Shown piece by piece: positions 1 to 10,686 of a stretch of 64,000 nucleotides of DNA (positions within the stretch are counted from its first letter, which is position 1; the number at the start of each line of letters is the position of its first letter). The stretch is from an uncultured Rickettsiales bacterium (GTDB taxonomy: Bacteria > Pseudomonadota > Alphaproteobacteria > Rickettsiales > UBA1997). The notes below the pieces were generated by a model. The model had not been told where the DNA came from and ran no database searches. It was given only the letters and a program-made list of their open reading frames with translations. The stretch spans positions 3,840-67,839 of the forward strand of contig CAJQHK010000002.1 of assembly GCA_905478165.1 (NCBI GenBank). Reading direction: 5' to 3'. A program made the position numbers and the translations under genes.

Positions 1-585
1 ATTAGATAATAACGAATCCTTGACTAAGGATTGTAGTGCTAAGGGGAGTTTATGATTTGAACATCTTTACCCCTCAATAGCAAGAGGGGTTTGTGGACAC
101 TTATTACACTAGACTTAAGGGTTACTGATGGCTGCTTTAAAACTGAAGATGGGTAATGCAGAATTGCGGGCAAGATTGACGATGTATTCAGCATCTCTGG
201 ACACCGACTAAGTACCGCTAAAATTGAAAACGCCGTAAATAATTATAAAAATATCACAGAATCAACGGCAATTGGAGTTAAGTATACCAAAAAGGACGAG
301 TCTATTTATATTTTTGCCACAAAAAAGAAAGCAGATAAGGTTACAGAATCAGAGGTTAACCAACTAATCTGCGGCAAAATAGACTCCACAGCCAAAACTG
401 ATAAAGCGAGTTTTGTTTTAGACTTGCCAAAGACTTGGTCTGGAAAAATAACGAGAAGAGCCTTGAGAAAGATATCTGGCGGGGACGATAATTTTGGAGA
501 TGCGTCAACCCTAATTAACCCAGACGTAATCAAAAAAAACTACAAGATGCTCAAAAAGAGTTGTTACCAAAAACAAAGACTTTAG
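1..585 (+). pseudogene. AMP-forming acetyl/acyl-CoA synthetase (Acs-like), 3' part, disrupted; left end cut by window
   Basis: Translation of 157-582 reads ..GKIDDVFSISGHRLSTAKIENAV..LPKTWSGKITRRALRKI..GDASTLINP, the Acs C-terminal domain including the catalytic-Lys motif. Upstream homology (..GSL*FEHLYPSIARGV..) sits in a different frame with TGA at 53-55. TAA at 154-156 sits where the Tyr of the D-G-Y motif is expected. Stop at 583-585. Confidence 0.6.
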
Positions 586-668
586 AATGGATATTGATCT
601 AAAAATAATATTCTTATCTAAAACTTATTATATTTACCACTCCTGCAAGCAAAAACTGTAAAACTAAC

Positions 669-684
669 TGTTCCACGTGGAACA
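669..684. promoter_or_regulatory. 16-bp perfect palindrome TGTTCCACGTGGAACA, 12 nt upstream of the uvrB ATG, followed by TTTTT (hairpin/terminator or operator)
   Basis: Read directly from the sequence. An identical 16-mer recurs at 2839-2854. Confidence 0.6.
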
Positions 685-696
685 TTTTTAAATAAT

Positions 697-2709
697 ATGA
701 GCAATACATTTGACCTAAATTCAGAGTTTAAGCCAGCAGGAGATCAGCCAAAAGCTATTGAGTCTTTAGTTGATGGCCTTAAAAAAAATAAAAAAGATCA
801 AATATTACTTGGAGTAACCGGCTCTGGAAAAACATTTACCATAGCAAACATTATCAAAGAAACCGGTCGCCCCGCCCTTATTATGGCCCACAACAAAACC
901 TTGGCAGCTCAAATTTATGGAGAAATGAAAGAGTTTTTCCCTAACAATGCGATTGGTTATTTTGTTTCCTATTACGACTATTACCAGCCAGAATCATATC
1001 TTCCAAAAACAGATACTTTTATTGAAAAAGACGCCTCAATTAACGAACAGATTGACCGCTTAAGGCATTTTACTACTCGAGCCCTGTTCGAGAAGAAAGA
1101 TGTTGTCGTAGTCTCCTCCGTATCTTGCATCTACGGCATAGGGTCTTCAGAATTTTACTCTAAAATGAAGCTAGACCTAAGAGTTGATCAAGAAATAGAT
1201 CGACAAGAGATCTTAAGTCAAATGGCCGTCATGCAGTATAAAAGGAATGACACAGACTTTTCTCGAGGTAATTTTCGAGTACAGGGCGATATAATCGATA
1301 TTTTTCCATCGCATATGGAAGAGTCTGCCTGGAAAATTTCGATGTTTGGTGATCAAATTGAGGAGTTGATTGAGTTTGACCCCCTAACGGGACAGGTTTT
1401 TAAAAATCTAGAAGAAATATCTATCTATCCCAGTTCGCACTACATTACTCCAAAAGAGGCTGTAGTTAAAGCTATACACAACATAAAGTCTGATCTAAAA
1501 ATAAGAATTGATGAATTTTTGGCCCAAGGTAAGGACCTTGAAGCTAGAAGAGTAGAACAAAGGACAAACTACGACATGGAGATGATGCTGGAGACCGGAA
1601 CCTGCAAAGGAATTGAGAATTATTCGCGCTACTTAACTGGTCGTTCGCCCGGAATGAGTCCACCAACTCTATTTGAATATTTACCAAAAGATGCTTTATT
1701 ATTTTTAGATGAATCCCACGCCTCTGTGCCACAAATTGGCGCCATGTATAAGGGTGACTTTTCTAGAAAAAGCAACTTAGTTGAGCATGGATTTAGACTT
1801 CCAAGCGCAAAGGACAATAGACCACTAAAGTTTGAAGAGTGGGAAAAGCTAAGGCCCCAAACCATCTACATCTCAGCAACCCCAGGTAAGTATGAGTTAG
1901 AAAAGTTGGGCGGAGAGGTTGTTCAGCAGCTAATTAGACCCACAGGGTTGGTTGATCCAGAATACGAGATACGACCAGCAAAAGATCAGATAGACAATTT
2001 GCTTGGCGAAATAAGAAAGACTATTAAAAAAGGTTTTAGGGTTTTAGTGACAACATTAACCAAAAGAATGGCAGAAGATTTAACAGATTACCTAAGTGAG
2101 GTTGATATAAAAACAGTTTATATTCACTCAGATGTCGAAACTTTAAAAAGAATTGAAATTATCAACGACCTAAGAAGAGGCATCTTTGACGTGCTGATTG
2201 GAGTAAATCTTCTTAGAGAGGGGCTGGACATACCAGAATGTGCCCTAGTTGCCATCTTAGATGCCGACAAAGAAGGTTTTCTTAGAAACGAAACATCCTT
2301 AATCCAAACTATAGGCAGGGCAGCTAGAAACAAAGAAAGTAAGGTCATTTTGTATGCCGACAAAATAACCAAATCAATTGAAAGAGCTACGGTGGAGACG
2401 GATAGAAGAAGGTTAATACAACAAAAACATAACAAGAAGTATAATATTACACCCAAGACTACAAAAAAATCCTTCTCCTCCCCCTTGGACGCTCTTTATA
2501 AGGACAAAAAGTCAGGAATAACTTATGAGATTGACGAAAAATATGGAGACTTAATTGAAAAAGTTAAAAAAGGCGATGTAGCAGCCCTAGATAAAAAGAT
2601 AGTTGAGACTAGAAAAAAAATGTTAGAACTTGCTAACAACCTTAATTTCGAAGGCGCGGCCAAATATAGGGATGAGATCAAGAACCTTGAAAAACTAAAA
2701 ATAATCTAG
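697..2709 (+). CDS. uvrB: excinuclease ABC subunit B
   Basis: 670 aa. Walker [17 protein letters not shown] motif, helicase motifs and a C-terminal UVR domain ([12 protein letters not shown]). Confidence 0.97.
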   Translation: MSNTFDLNSEFKPAGDQPKAIESLVDGLKKNKKDQILLGVTGSGKTFTIANIIKETGRPALIMAHNKTLAAQIYGEMKEFFPNNAIGYFVSYYDYYQPESYLPKTDTFIEKDASINEQIDRLRHFTTRALFEKKDVVVVSSVSCIYGIGSSEFYSKMKLDLRVDQEIDRQEILSQMAVMQYKRNDTDFSRGNFRVQGDIIDIFPSHMEESAWKISMFGDQIEELIEFDPLTGQVFKNLEEISIYPSSHYITPKEAVVKAIHNIKSDLKIRIDEFLAQGKDLEARRVEQRTNYDMEMMLETGTCKGIENYSRYLTGRSPGMSPPTLFEYLPKDALLFLDESHASVPQIGAMYKGDFSRKSNLVEHGFRLPSAKDNRPLKFEEWEKLRPQTIYISATPGKYELEKLGGEVVQQLIRPTGLVDPEYEIRPAKDQIDNLLGEIRKTIKKGFRVLVTTLTKRMAEDLTDYLSEVDIKTVYIHSDVETLKRIEIINDLRRGIFDVLIGVNLLREGLDIPECALVAILDADKEGFLRNETSLIQTIGRAARNKESKVILYADKITKSIERATVETDRRRLIQQKHNKKYNITPKTTKKSFSSPLDALYKDKKSGITYEIDEKYGDLIEKVKKGDVAALDKKIVETRKKMLELANNLNFEGAAKYRDEIKNLEKLKII

Positions 2710-2804
2710 GGATTACACCTTTGCGCTCAAGCTTATTTACGATATGTTTTAACTTTTTGTCGGCGCGTGCTCAGTTGGGCGCAGCACCAGCTTAGTTTAA
2801 AAAT

Positions 2805-2836
2805 CTTAGCTTTAAGGTTGTGGTACGTTAAAAAAC
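2805..2836 (-). repeat. Intergenic repeat family 1, copy F (motif block; its hairpin module is 2837-2856)
   Basis: Minus-strand reading is TTTTTTAACGTACCACAACCTTAAAGCTAAG. It shares TTTTTTAAC..AACCTTAAAG with copies A-E and G. Confidence 0.5.
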
Positions 2837-2856
2837 ATTGTTCCACGTGGAACAAT
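2837..2856. terminator. Second copy of palindrome (ATTGTTCCACGTGGAACAAT); on the minus strand it is followed by a T-run, making it a possible nuoG-side terminator
   Basis: The 8-bp stem/4-nt loop hairpin is preceded on the plus strand by AAAAAAC, which reads GTTTTTT on the minus strand. It lies in the convergent uvrB/nuoG spacer. Confidence 0.5.
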
Positions 2857-3037
2857 TAAACATTAAAACGGGCAAGGAAGACAGGAAATGCCCAAAGATA
2901 GCGTCTTATTAAAACCTTTTCTTACCAGACCAGTAGTCAACCTAACGCCATTGCTTTATTTATCTTTAGGTTTTTTCTAGCATTGTAAGTGGGAATTAAC
3001 GCGACGACGTACTGCTGATAACTGGAATTACAAAAGA

Positions 3038-5089
3038 CTAGTCAAACTTTCTTAACTTGTTACTGTCAAAAAGTATTTTAGAGTTTCTGGCTACAACATT
3101 AGAGGTAAAGAAGTTATCTTTTTTTGCAAAAATCTTACCACCTCCAACTTCTTCAACACTAAAAATTGGAGCGTCCTGCCAAGTATTAACAAAGACCTCA
3201 TCAATATTGGTAAAATTTAAATTTTCTTGAAGAAAAAGCTCCTTAAAAGAAGAAAAATTTTCAAAGCCCAGATTTAAACCTAATTTCTTGGCCAAATCAA
3301 ATATTACCAACTCCTCGTTTTCTACGCCCTCAATAGCAAAAATTGCCGGATTTGACTCTTGAACTCTACCTTCTATATTGACAAAAAGATTCTCCTTTTC
3401 AGCAAAAGCTGGGGCAGGTATAATTACATCGGCTTCACAGGCCCCACTTTCGCCAAAAGCGCCTTGATAAATCACAAAAGTCTCTTGGAGATCAGAAAAG
3501 TCAATATTATCTTCAGCAAGAAGATAGAGAGCTTTAATTTTACCTTTTTTACAATTATCTAGAATTGTTTTTTTATGAATTTTAGAATCCTTAGAAATAA
3601 AACCAAGATCTAAAGCTCCTGTTAAACTACTATTATCGTGTAAGATATTAAAACCGTTCCAAAGGGAGTCTTGAATAAAGTTATACTTTTTAACAATCTC
3701 TTTGGCTAAAAAGAGAATATTTTGACCAGACCTTCCTAACAAAACCTCTTCACCAAGAATGATCATTGGGTTTTTAGAAGATTCTAAAACTTTAGAAAAA
3801 ACACTCTTGCTAGACAAAATATCTTTTAAGACGGATATATCTCCTCCTAGGTTTTGATATTTGTAAGTTAGGTCAGCATCAACGCCAATTGTTGCTACAG
3901 TTAACCCTCCCATTAAAAACCTCTTTCTGATTCTAGCGTTAATAATTGGAGATGTGACCCTTACGTTGCAGCCGACGATTAAACAAACGTCTGCTTTTTC
4001 AATATTTTCTATACCAGTATTAAAGACGTATGACGCCCTATCTGCCGAACTTAAAATAGAATCATTACTACGACAATCAATGTTGTCGCTGCCTATTTTT
4101 TCCATTAATTTTTTAAGAGCAAAAATTTCATAAGCTCCTGACAAATTACCGCTTAGAGCTGCAATCTCTGATGGATTTAGATTAGAGAATTTATCTCTAA
4201 CAACCTCTAAAGCTTCGTCTTTAGTTGTAACGGTTAATTTACCCCCCTTTCTAACGTAATATTTATCTAATCTTTGATATTTTAAAGCATCATAACAAAA
4301 CCTTGCCTTATCAGAAATCCACTCTTCATTAATCTCCTCATTTATTCTTGGTAAAATTCTCATAACCTCGTTGCCGCGAGAGTCAATCCTAATATTACTT
4401 CCTGTCGCATCCATAATATCAATAGAGTTAGTCTTTTTTAGTTCCCAACTCCTTGCTTTAAAAGCATAAGGCTTAGAAGTAAGAGCTCCAACCGGACAAA
4501 GATCGATAATATTACCAGAAAGCTCTGATTTAATAGAAGTGTCAAGATAGGTAGAAATCTGAGTATCTTCCCCTCGATTGATAGCTCCGAGTTCTGCCGT
4601 TCCGGCAACGTCAGCAATAAAGCGTACGCATCTAGTACAATGAATGCATCTTGTCATATGAGTCTTAATTAGAGGCCCCATATTTTTATCTTTTACAACT
4701 CTTTTTTCTTCAGTAAACTCACTATGATCTTTTCCATAAATATAAGACTGGTCCTGCAAATCACATTCGCCACCTTGGTCGCAAATTGGACAATCAAGAG
4801 GGTGGTTAACAAGTAAAAACTCCATAGCACCCTCTCTAGCTTTTTTAACCATTGGGCTGTCAGTTTTTATTGTCATACCCTCGGAAACATTTATAGCACA
4901 AGAGGCTACTGGCTTTGGGGGACCCCCTTCGATTTCAACAAGGCACATACGACAATTTCCGGCAATTTTTAACCTTTCATGATAACAAAACCGAGGAATC
5001 TCAACGTTTGCTATTTCACAGGCCTGAATTATAGTAATATCTTTAGGAACGGATATTTCTTTATTATCAATAGTAACTCTTACTGTCAT
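3038..5089 (-). CDS. nuoG: NADH-quinone oxidoreductase subunit G (75-kDa Fe-S subunit)
   Basis: 683 aa. N-terminal 2Fe-2S and 4Fe-4S Cys clusters (CYHERLKIAGNCRMCLVE, HPLDCPICDQGGECDLQD, CIHCTRCVRF). Confidence 0.95.
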   Translation of the reverse strand: MTVRVTIDNKEISVPKDITIIQACEIANVEIPRFCYHERLKIAGNCRMCLVEIEGGPPKPVASCAINVSEGMTIKTDSPMVKKAREGAMEFLLVNHPLDCPICDQGGECDLQDQSYIYGKDHSEFTEEKRVVKDKNMGPLIKTHMTRCIHCTRCVRFIADVAGTAELGAINRGEDTQISTYLDTSIKSELSGNIIDLCPVGALTSKPYAFKARSWELKKTNSIDIMDATGSNIRIDSRGNEVMRILPRINEEINEEWISDKARFCYDALKYQRLDKYYVRKGGKLTVTTKDEALEVVRDKFSNLNPSEIAALSGNLSGAYEIFALKKLMEKIGSDNIDCRSNDSILSSADRASYVFNTGIENIEKADVCLIVGCNVRVTSPIINARIRKRFLMGGLTVATIGVDADLTYKYQNLGGDISVLKDILSSKSVFSKVLESSKNPMIILGEEVLLGRSGQNILFLAKEIVKKYNFIQDSLWNGFNILHDNSSLTGALDLGFISKDSKIHKKTILDNCKKGKIKALYLLAEDNIDFSDLQETFVIYQGAFGESGACEADVIIPAPAFAEKENLFVNIEGRVQESNPAIFAIEGVENEELVIFDLAKKLGLNLGFENFSSFKELFLQENLNFTNIDEVFVNTWQDAPIFSVEEVGGGKIFAKKDNFFTSNVVARNSKILFDSNKLRKFD

Positions 5090-5218
5090 ATATTATAAAC
5101 TTGATTGCACCTTTTTAACCCTTACTAAAAAATTGATTTGCTTTGTCTTTTTTATTCAGAAACAACTCCAACCTCCAGTCAAAAACTGATTATAAGAAAA
5201 AATTATCCTGATTTAAGT

Positions 5219-5593
5219 TTATTTAAAAAAACCTCCCACAAAATACCCACCAAACACAGCAACTAAGGATAAGAGGATGGAAAAAAACACATATACAATA
5301 GCCGTCAACAAATGGCTCTGCTCCAACAACCTAAAAACATCTAAAGAAAAGGTAGAAAAAGTAGTAAAGCCGCCAAACAGACCAATTATTAGAAATAATT
5401 TTAAATTTTCATTAACAAAATTATCATTCTTAATAAAATAATAACAAACCCCAATCAAAAACGAGCCTATAATATTAATCGACATAGTTCCTAAGGGAAA
5501 TGCTGATTTAAAATAAAAACTAACAAAATTAGACAGGGCATATCTTGAAACCGAACCTAAGGCGCCACCAAATGCAATAAAAACAAAACTCAT
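5219..5593 (-). CDS. crcB: fluoride ion channel CrcB
   Basis: 124 aa with 4 TM helices. GGALGSVSRY and GGFTTFSTF motifs are typical of CrcB/FluC. Confidence 0.9.
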   Translation of the reverse strand: MSFVFIAFGGALGSVSRYALSNFVSFYFKSAFPLGTMSINIIGSFLIGVCYYFIKNDNFVNENLKLFLIIGLFGGFTTFSTFSLDVFRLLEQSHLLTAIVYVFFSILLSLVAVFGGYFVGGFFK

Positions 5594-5698
5594 AATATAA
5601 AAACTATTTACAGTAAAATATGCTTTATTAAAAATTTTTACCCTTCTTGCTTTGCAAGTATAAGATCGACAATCTCAAAATACACAACCCCACTCTAA

Positions 5699-7585
5699 TT
5701 ACTCAACAACTTTTGGCATAAAACTTTTAGTAATTTTTGGCTTCTTATTTTTTTCTGTTTTGGTTATTTTACGATCCTTTAATAATTTTTTAATCTCACT
5801 ACCAGTTAAGGTTTCGTGTTTTAATAAGGATTGAGCTAGCAACTCTAAATCATCCCTCTTATCTGTTAAGATTTTTTTTGCTTGCTTTGATGCATTTTCA
5901 ATAATTTTTTTAATCTCTTGGTCAATCTTATTGGCCGTTTCTTCAGAAGAGGTTTTTGCCTGCTTATAAGGATTTTCATTGTCGTTACCATGATTTACTG
6001 GACCAATCTTATCATTTAAACCCCACTTCGTTACCATAGAACGAGCCATATCTGTCGCCTGCTCAATATCCGAAGATGCTCCTGTCGTAACATTATCATA
6101 ACCGAAAATCATCTCTTCGGCCACCCTGCCTCCCATGGCAACCGCCAAATCATCTATTAATTTAGCCCTAGTTAGTGAAAACCTATCTTTCTCTGGTAGC
6201 CTCATAACAAGACCCAGAGCCCGACCTCTTGGAATAATAGTTGCCTTGTGTATTGGGTCAGAATTTGGGCAATTAACCGCCACAATAGCATGTCCAGACT
6301 CGTGATATGCAGTTAGAGATTTTTCATCCTCATCCATCTTCATTTTTTTACGCTCCGCCCCCATCATAATCTTATCCTTAGCGTCCTCCATATTTTGCAT
6401 AGTCACCACCTTTTGGTTGTTTTTTGCCGCAACCAAAGCCGCCTCATTAACCAAGTTTGCCAAATCAGCACCAGAAAAACCTGGCGTCCCCCTAGCAATA
6501 ATATTAGAATCAATATTTAAAGATTTAATTTTCTTAATATGAACTCTCAATATTTCGTCGCGACCAACAATATCAGGCTTAGATACCGTAACTTGACGAT
6601 CAAACCTTCCCGGACGAAGTAAGGCATTATCTAAAACATCTGGCCTATTGGTTGCTGCAATAATAATAATACCCTCATTTGCCGAAAAACCATCCATCTC
6701 AACCAAAAGTTGATTTAAAGTTTGTTCTCTCTCGTCATTACCTCCACCAACTCCACTGCCACGATGACGACCAACAGCGTCAATTTCATCAATAAAAATT
6801 AAGCATGGTGCGTTTTGTTTACCCTGCTCAAACATGTCTCGAACACGACTGGCACCAACACCGACAAACATTTCCACAAAATCAGACCCTGCGATTGAAA
6901 AAAATGGCACACTAGCCTCTCCTGCCACAGCTCTCGCAAGTAATGTTTTACCGGTTCCAGGAGATCCTATTAAAAGACAGCCTTTAGGAATTTTCGCCCC
7001 TAGATCAGTATATTTTTTGTGATTTTTAAGAAAATCAACAATCTCAACCAACTCCTCCTTAGCTTCATCAATACCCGCAACATCCTCAAAAGTAACTTTA
7101 TTTTTATTTTCTTGAAGTAGTTTTGCTTTAGACTTTCCAAAGCCAAAAGCTTTTCCACCGCCTCCAGAAGAACCTTTAAAAAGAAAAAACCAAAGACCAA
7201 TCATAATAATAAGTGGTAACCAACCTAGTAAACCTCCGACAATTCTACCAACCTTACTAACTGTTGGTTTAGCGTCTATAGCAACGTTTCTCTCTTCTAG
7301 TTTTTCAATTAACTTTGGATCATCCGGTAAAAATACGTAAAACTTTTGACCATCAGAATTGAAGGTAAGTTCTTTACCTTTTATTTGAACCTCCGCAACG
7401 GATCCGGCGTTAACTTTTTTTGTAAATTCGTGATATTTAATCTCGGTTGCACCGACATTTACACCTGTTAAAAAAAACTCTGAAAATAAAATAAAACCAA
7501 AGAATACTGAGGCCCAAATAATAAAATTTTTCTTATTTTCTGGCTTTTTATTATTTTTATTTTTTTTACTTGGTTTATTGATCAT
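5699..7585 (-). CDS. ftsH: ATP-dependent zinc metalloprotease FtsH
   Basis: 628 aa. AAA Walker [12 protein letters not shown] region and zinc motif HESGHA. Confidence 0.97.
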   Translation of the reverse strand: MINKPSKKNKNNKKPENKKNFIIWASVFFGFILFSEFFLTGVNVGATEIKYHEFTKKVNAGSVAEVQIKGKELTFNSDGQKFYVFLPDDPKLIEKLEERNVAIDAKPTVSKVGRIVGGLLGWLPLIIMIGLWFFLFKGSSGGGGKAFGFGKSKAKLLQENKNKVTFEDVAGIDEAKEELVEIVDFLKNHKKYTDLGAKIPKGCLLIGSPGTGKTLLARAVAGEASVPFFSIAGSDFVEMFVGVGASRVRDMFEQGKQNAPCLIFIDEIDAVGRHRGSGVGGGNDEREQTLNQLLVEMDGFSANEGIIIIAATNRPDVLDNALLRPGRFDRQVTVSKPDIVGRDEILRVHIKKIKSLNIDSNIIARGTPGFSGADLANLVNEAALVAAKNNQKVVTMQNMEDAKDKIMMGAERKKMKMDEDEKSLTAYHESGHAIVAVNCPNSDPIHKATIIPRGRALGLVMRLPEKDRFSLTRAKLIDDLAVAMGGRVAEEMIFGYDNVTTGASSDIEQATDMARSMVTKWGLNDKIGPVNHGNDNENPYKQAKTSSEETANKIDQEIKKIIENASKQAKKILTDKRDDLELLAQSLLKHETLTGSEIKKLLKDRKITKTEKNKKPKITKSFMPKVVE

Positions 7586-7589
7586 TATA

Positions 7590-8486
7590 TTATTTTTTCC
7601 ACCTATTATGAACCCAAAACCATTGCTCTGGGCATTGTCTTATCCACCCTTCCAAAGTTTTGTTGATTTCTTTGGTGATTTTATAAATTTTCTTATCCAT
7701 TGTCAATTCTTTATCTTTAGTAATATCTAAGGGATCTAAAATCTCCATATTAAAGTTAGTTTCGTTATTTTTACGAATTATTCTTATTGGAACTAGAGGT
7801 ATATTGTATTTTAACACTAACTTTGCTAAAGAGGGTGAGGTTAACGCTTTTCTACCAAAAAAAGGCACCTCAATACCGTCCCCAACCCTTTGATCAGCTA
7901 ACACAATAATAAACTCACCATTCTTTAAAGATTTTATTATCTCTTTATTACCAGTCAAACCCTTACTTATTAGATTAATGTTTTTTCTTTTGTCGATAGA
8001 TATTAATTGATCAACATATTTATTATTAAACGGCCTGTAAAGAGTTTTACACTTAAAGCCATTAAGAGTTAGATATTTTCCCCCAACCTCCCAATTACCA
8101 AAATGAGCAGAAAACAGAATACCTCCTTTTTTTGATCTTTTTAATTTTTGGAAATTTTTTTTAGAATTCTCATCAAGAGAAACTGTTTTATTAAGTTCTT
8201 TTTTAGATTTTTTATTAAAAAAATAATATTCAGTGATAATACGACCTAAATTTTCCCACATATTATCAACGATATTTTCCACCTCTTTTTCTGTTATTTT
8301 TTTTATGGATTTTCTAACATTGTCTTTAGCTAAATTATGAACAGAAAGTCTTTTTCCAACAAGCTTTGTAAGAAAAATTGATAATTTTGTAGATTTTTTA
8401 AATTTTAAAATTTTAAAAATAAAAATAAAAATCTTAACCAGAATATATTCTATAATGTAACGAACTTCTTTAAAAATCTTATTCAT
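7590..8486 (-). CDS. lpxL: lipid A biosynthesis lauroyl/late acyltransferase family (LpxL/HtrB-like)
   Basis: 298 aa with an N-terminal TM helix. The SAHFGNWE motif is the H(X)4E/D acyltransferase motif of the family. Confidence 0.7.
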   Translation of the reverse strand: MNKIFKEVRYIIEYILVKIFIFIFKILKFKKSTKLSIFLTKLVGKRLSVHNLAKDNVRKSIKKITEKEVENIVDNMWENLGRIITEYYFFNKKSKKELNKTVSLDENSKKNFQKLKRSKKGGILFSAHFGNWEVGGKYLTLNGFKCKTLYRPFNNKYVDQLISIDKRKNINLISKGLTGNKEIIKSLKNGEFIIVLADQRVGDGIEVPFFGRKALTSPSLAKLVLKYNIPLVPIRIIRKNNETNFNMEILDPLDITKDKELTMDKKIYKITKEINKTLEGWIRQCPEQWFWVHNRWKK

Positions 8487-8522
8487 CTTGTTGTTATTAA
8501 ATTTCAGCGTATTTTAAAATTA

Positions 8523-9113
8523 TTAGTTAAAGTTTTTCCTCGCTTTAAAAGCTATATTTATAGTGCCCTCATCTAAATAGTCTAATTCACTACCAATAGG
8601 TATTCCGTTAGCTAGTTTTGATATTTTAACACCAAACTCTTGTAAAACTTCAGATAAATAATAAGATGTTGTGACACCATCGATAGTTGGGTTTATAGCA
8701 ATAATCACCTCCTCAACCCCTCCAGCTTCTACCCTCTCAATTAAAGAGTTTATATTTAAATCTTCCTGCGTTTTTCCTAAAATTGCTGACAAAACACCTC
8801 CTAAAACATGATATTTGCCATTAAAAATTTTATTCTTTTCTAAAGCCCAAACATCCGAAACATCTTCAACAACACAGATCAGCTTATTATCCCTTTTTGT
8901 ATCGGTACAGATGGAACAAGTCTCAATAATATCAAGATTACCACAAATATTACAGTTTTTAGTTTGATTTTTAACTAAAATCATGTCATTGATCAAAGAA
9001 TCCATAGTACTATCTTTATTTTGTAATAAATGTAATATAAATCTACGTGCTGACCTTGGTCCAAAAGTTGGTAATTTTGAAATTTTTTTAATTAAATTAT
9101 TAAGATTATCCAT
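8523..9113 (-). CDS. recR: recombination protein RecR
   Basis: 196 aa. HhH N-terminus (LPTFGPRSARR), C4 zinc finger (CNICGN..CSIC) and Toprim domain. Confidence 0.95.
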   Translation of the reverse strand: MDNLNNLIKKISKLPTFGPRSARRFILHLLQNKDSTMDSLINDMILVKNQTKNCNICGNLDIIETCSICTDTKRDNKLICVVEDVSDVWALEKNKIFNGKYHVLGGVLSAILGKTQEDLNINSLIERVEAGGVEEVIIAINPTIDGVTTSYYLSEVLQEFGVKISKLANGIPIGSELDYLDEGTINIAFKARKNFN

Positions 9114-9122
9114 TTTATTATC

Positions 9123-9725
9123 TTAAAAATATTTCACCACACCAACCCTAAAAGTTTTAATATTTGAGTTTAAAATATTTAATCGTGATTTTCTTTCTTG
9201 ATAAGAAGCTCTAAATGCTATATTTAAAATATAAGGATCTATCTGTACTCCAGCTCCATATAAAAAAGCGGTTTCATGAGATTTAAAATTATCCGAATAA
9301 AGTGTTTTATGTATTTTTAAATTATTATTAATATCTGAAATTCCAGCCTCTAGAAACAATTCTATAAAACCATCTCCAACTAATGGGATAAAAAATAAAC
9401 TAGAAAAATCAACTACCATCACTTCTGAGGATGATTTTTTTAATGGATTTTGATCTGTAAAATCACCAGATCTTGCGATGAATTTACTAAAATTAGCATT
9501 AAAACCAATATATTTAATAGGTCTAAGGTGCAATCCTAAAACAATATTGTCAAAATTTTTTAAGTCGCTTTCAAAGTTTTTTCTTTTAAAGTTGTTTCTC
9601 TTTATATAACTAGTCTGATGCTCTAATGTTGTAGCAGATTTAAACATTAAATCTGAGACTGATAAAGCAAGTACCGTTTTTGGTAAAAAGAATGTTAGTA
9701 GTAAAAATATTTTGATTTTTTTCAT
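9123..9725 (-). CDS. small outer-membrane beta-barrel protein (OMP_b-brl/porin-family-like)
   Basis: 200 aa. Signal peptide, alternating beta-strand pattern and a C-terminal aromatic residue (..VVKYF). Confidence 0.55.
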   Translation of the reverse strand: MKKIKIFLLLTFFLPKTVLALSVSDLMFKSATTLEHQTSYIKRNNFKRKNFESDLKNFDNIVLGLHLRPIKYIGFNANFSKFIARSGDFTDQNPLKKSSSEVMVVDFSSLFFIPLVGDGFIELFLEAGISDINNNLKIHKTLYSDNFKSHETAFLYGAGVQIDPYILNIAFRASYQERKSRLNILNSNIKTFRVGVVKYF

Positions 9726-9775
9726 TACTGGTAATAGGTTTTATATTTAAAATTAAATTATAATAATAAATATGA

Positions 9776-10684
9776 ATGTTTAAGAAAAAAGATAAAAAAG
9801 ATAAAGTTAATATATTTAAATATTATTTAAAAAAAATAACAAATATAAAACCTATATTTTATTATATTTCTTTTGTTTTATTTATTGCTTTAACATACGT
9901 AATTGATGGTTTTTTAGAAATAAAATTTATAATTATATTTATCTTCGTCATCACTTCTATCTGTTCTTATTTTTATAAAAAACAAGGGTTTATAAAAGAT
10001 TTTGTTTTAATTATACTTTTCGCCTTAATTTTTAGATCTTTTATTTTTGAACCTTTTCATATTCCATCAGGATCAATGAAGCCAAATTTATTAATCCACG
10101 ATTACATAATCGTTTCTAAGTCTACTTATGGATATAGTAAATATTCTTTACCTTTTGGTTTAAATTTATTTTCTGATAGAATATTTAAAGATAAAGTAGA
10201 GAGAGGGGATGTATCAGTTTTTAAAAAACCAAATGAAACAAATATTAATTATATAAAAAGAATAATTGGATTACCTGGTGATAAGATTCAGATAATAAAT
10301 GGTCATATATTTATTAATAATATAAAAGTTAAAAGTAAGTCAGGAGGTTACTTTAAAGATAAGTTTAAAGATAGTCGAGTATTTACTGTTAAAAAAAATA
10401 ATGAAACACTTCCAAATAATAAGATTATAACAGTTCTAGATTACGGAAACTTTGCAGCGGATAATACTGAAGAATATTTAGTTCCTGAAGATCATTATTT
10501 TGTAATGGGCGATAATAGAGATAATTCTAAAGATAGTAGATTTTCTGACGTCGGATTTATTCCTTATGAAAACTTAGTGGGAGAAGCTAAGATAATATTT
10601 TTTTCGGCAGAACATCCTTTTTTGCAATTTTGGAAATGGCCGTTTAGTATCAGATTTGATAGAATTTTTAAACTAATAAAATAA
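9776..10684 (+). CDS. lepB: signal peptidase I
   Basis: 302 aa. Catalytic Ser box PSGSMKPNL, Lys box YIKRIIGLPGD and GDNRDNSKDSR box. Confidence 0.93.
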   Translation: MFKKKDKKDKVNIFKYYLKKITNIKPIFYYISFVLFIALTYVIDGFLEIKFIIIFIFVITSICSYFYKKQGFIKDFVLIILFALIFRSFIFEPFHIPSGSMKPNLLIHDYIIVSKSTYGYSKYSLPFGLNLFSDRIFKDKVERGDVSVFKKPNETNINYIKRIIGLPGDKIQIINGHIFINNIKVKSKSGGYFKDKFKDSRVFTVKKNNETLPNNKIITVLDYGNFAADNTEEYLVPEDHYFVMGDNRDNSKDSRFSDVGFIPYENLVGEAKIIFFSAEHPFLQFWKWPFSIRFDRIFKLIK

Positions 10685-10686
10685 TT

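Noticed and set aside
306-533. A 75-aa minus-strand ORF.
   Set aside because: It lies opposite the clearly recognisable Acs C-terminal domain coding frame.
2760-2795. A tRNA gene. GTGCTCAGTTGGGCGCAGCAC resembles a D-arm, and a similar patch, GGTGTAGCTCAGTTAGTGTAGAG, lies at 23112-23140.
   Set aside because: Neither has an anticodon arm, a T-arm (GGTTCGAATCC) or an acceptor 3' strand. At best they are tRNA-derived scars.
2868-2895. An SRP (4.5S) RNA, because of the AGGAAG-containing hairpin CGGGCAAGGAAGACAGGAAATGCCC.
   Set aside because: It lacks the GGAA tetraloop/AGCA symmetric-loop arrangement and the long flanking helix of bacterial SRP RNA.
5594-5698. A fluoride riboswitch upstream of crcB.
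   Set aside because: The spacer (minus strand) lacks the conserved GGnGAUGG..CC / ..CCGCC..GAUGAUGCCUAC elements. It contains only a short CTTGC-AAA-GCAAG hairpin after ftsH.
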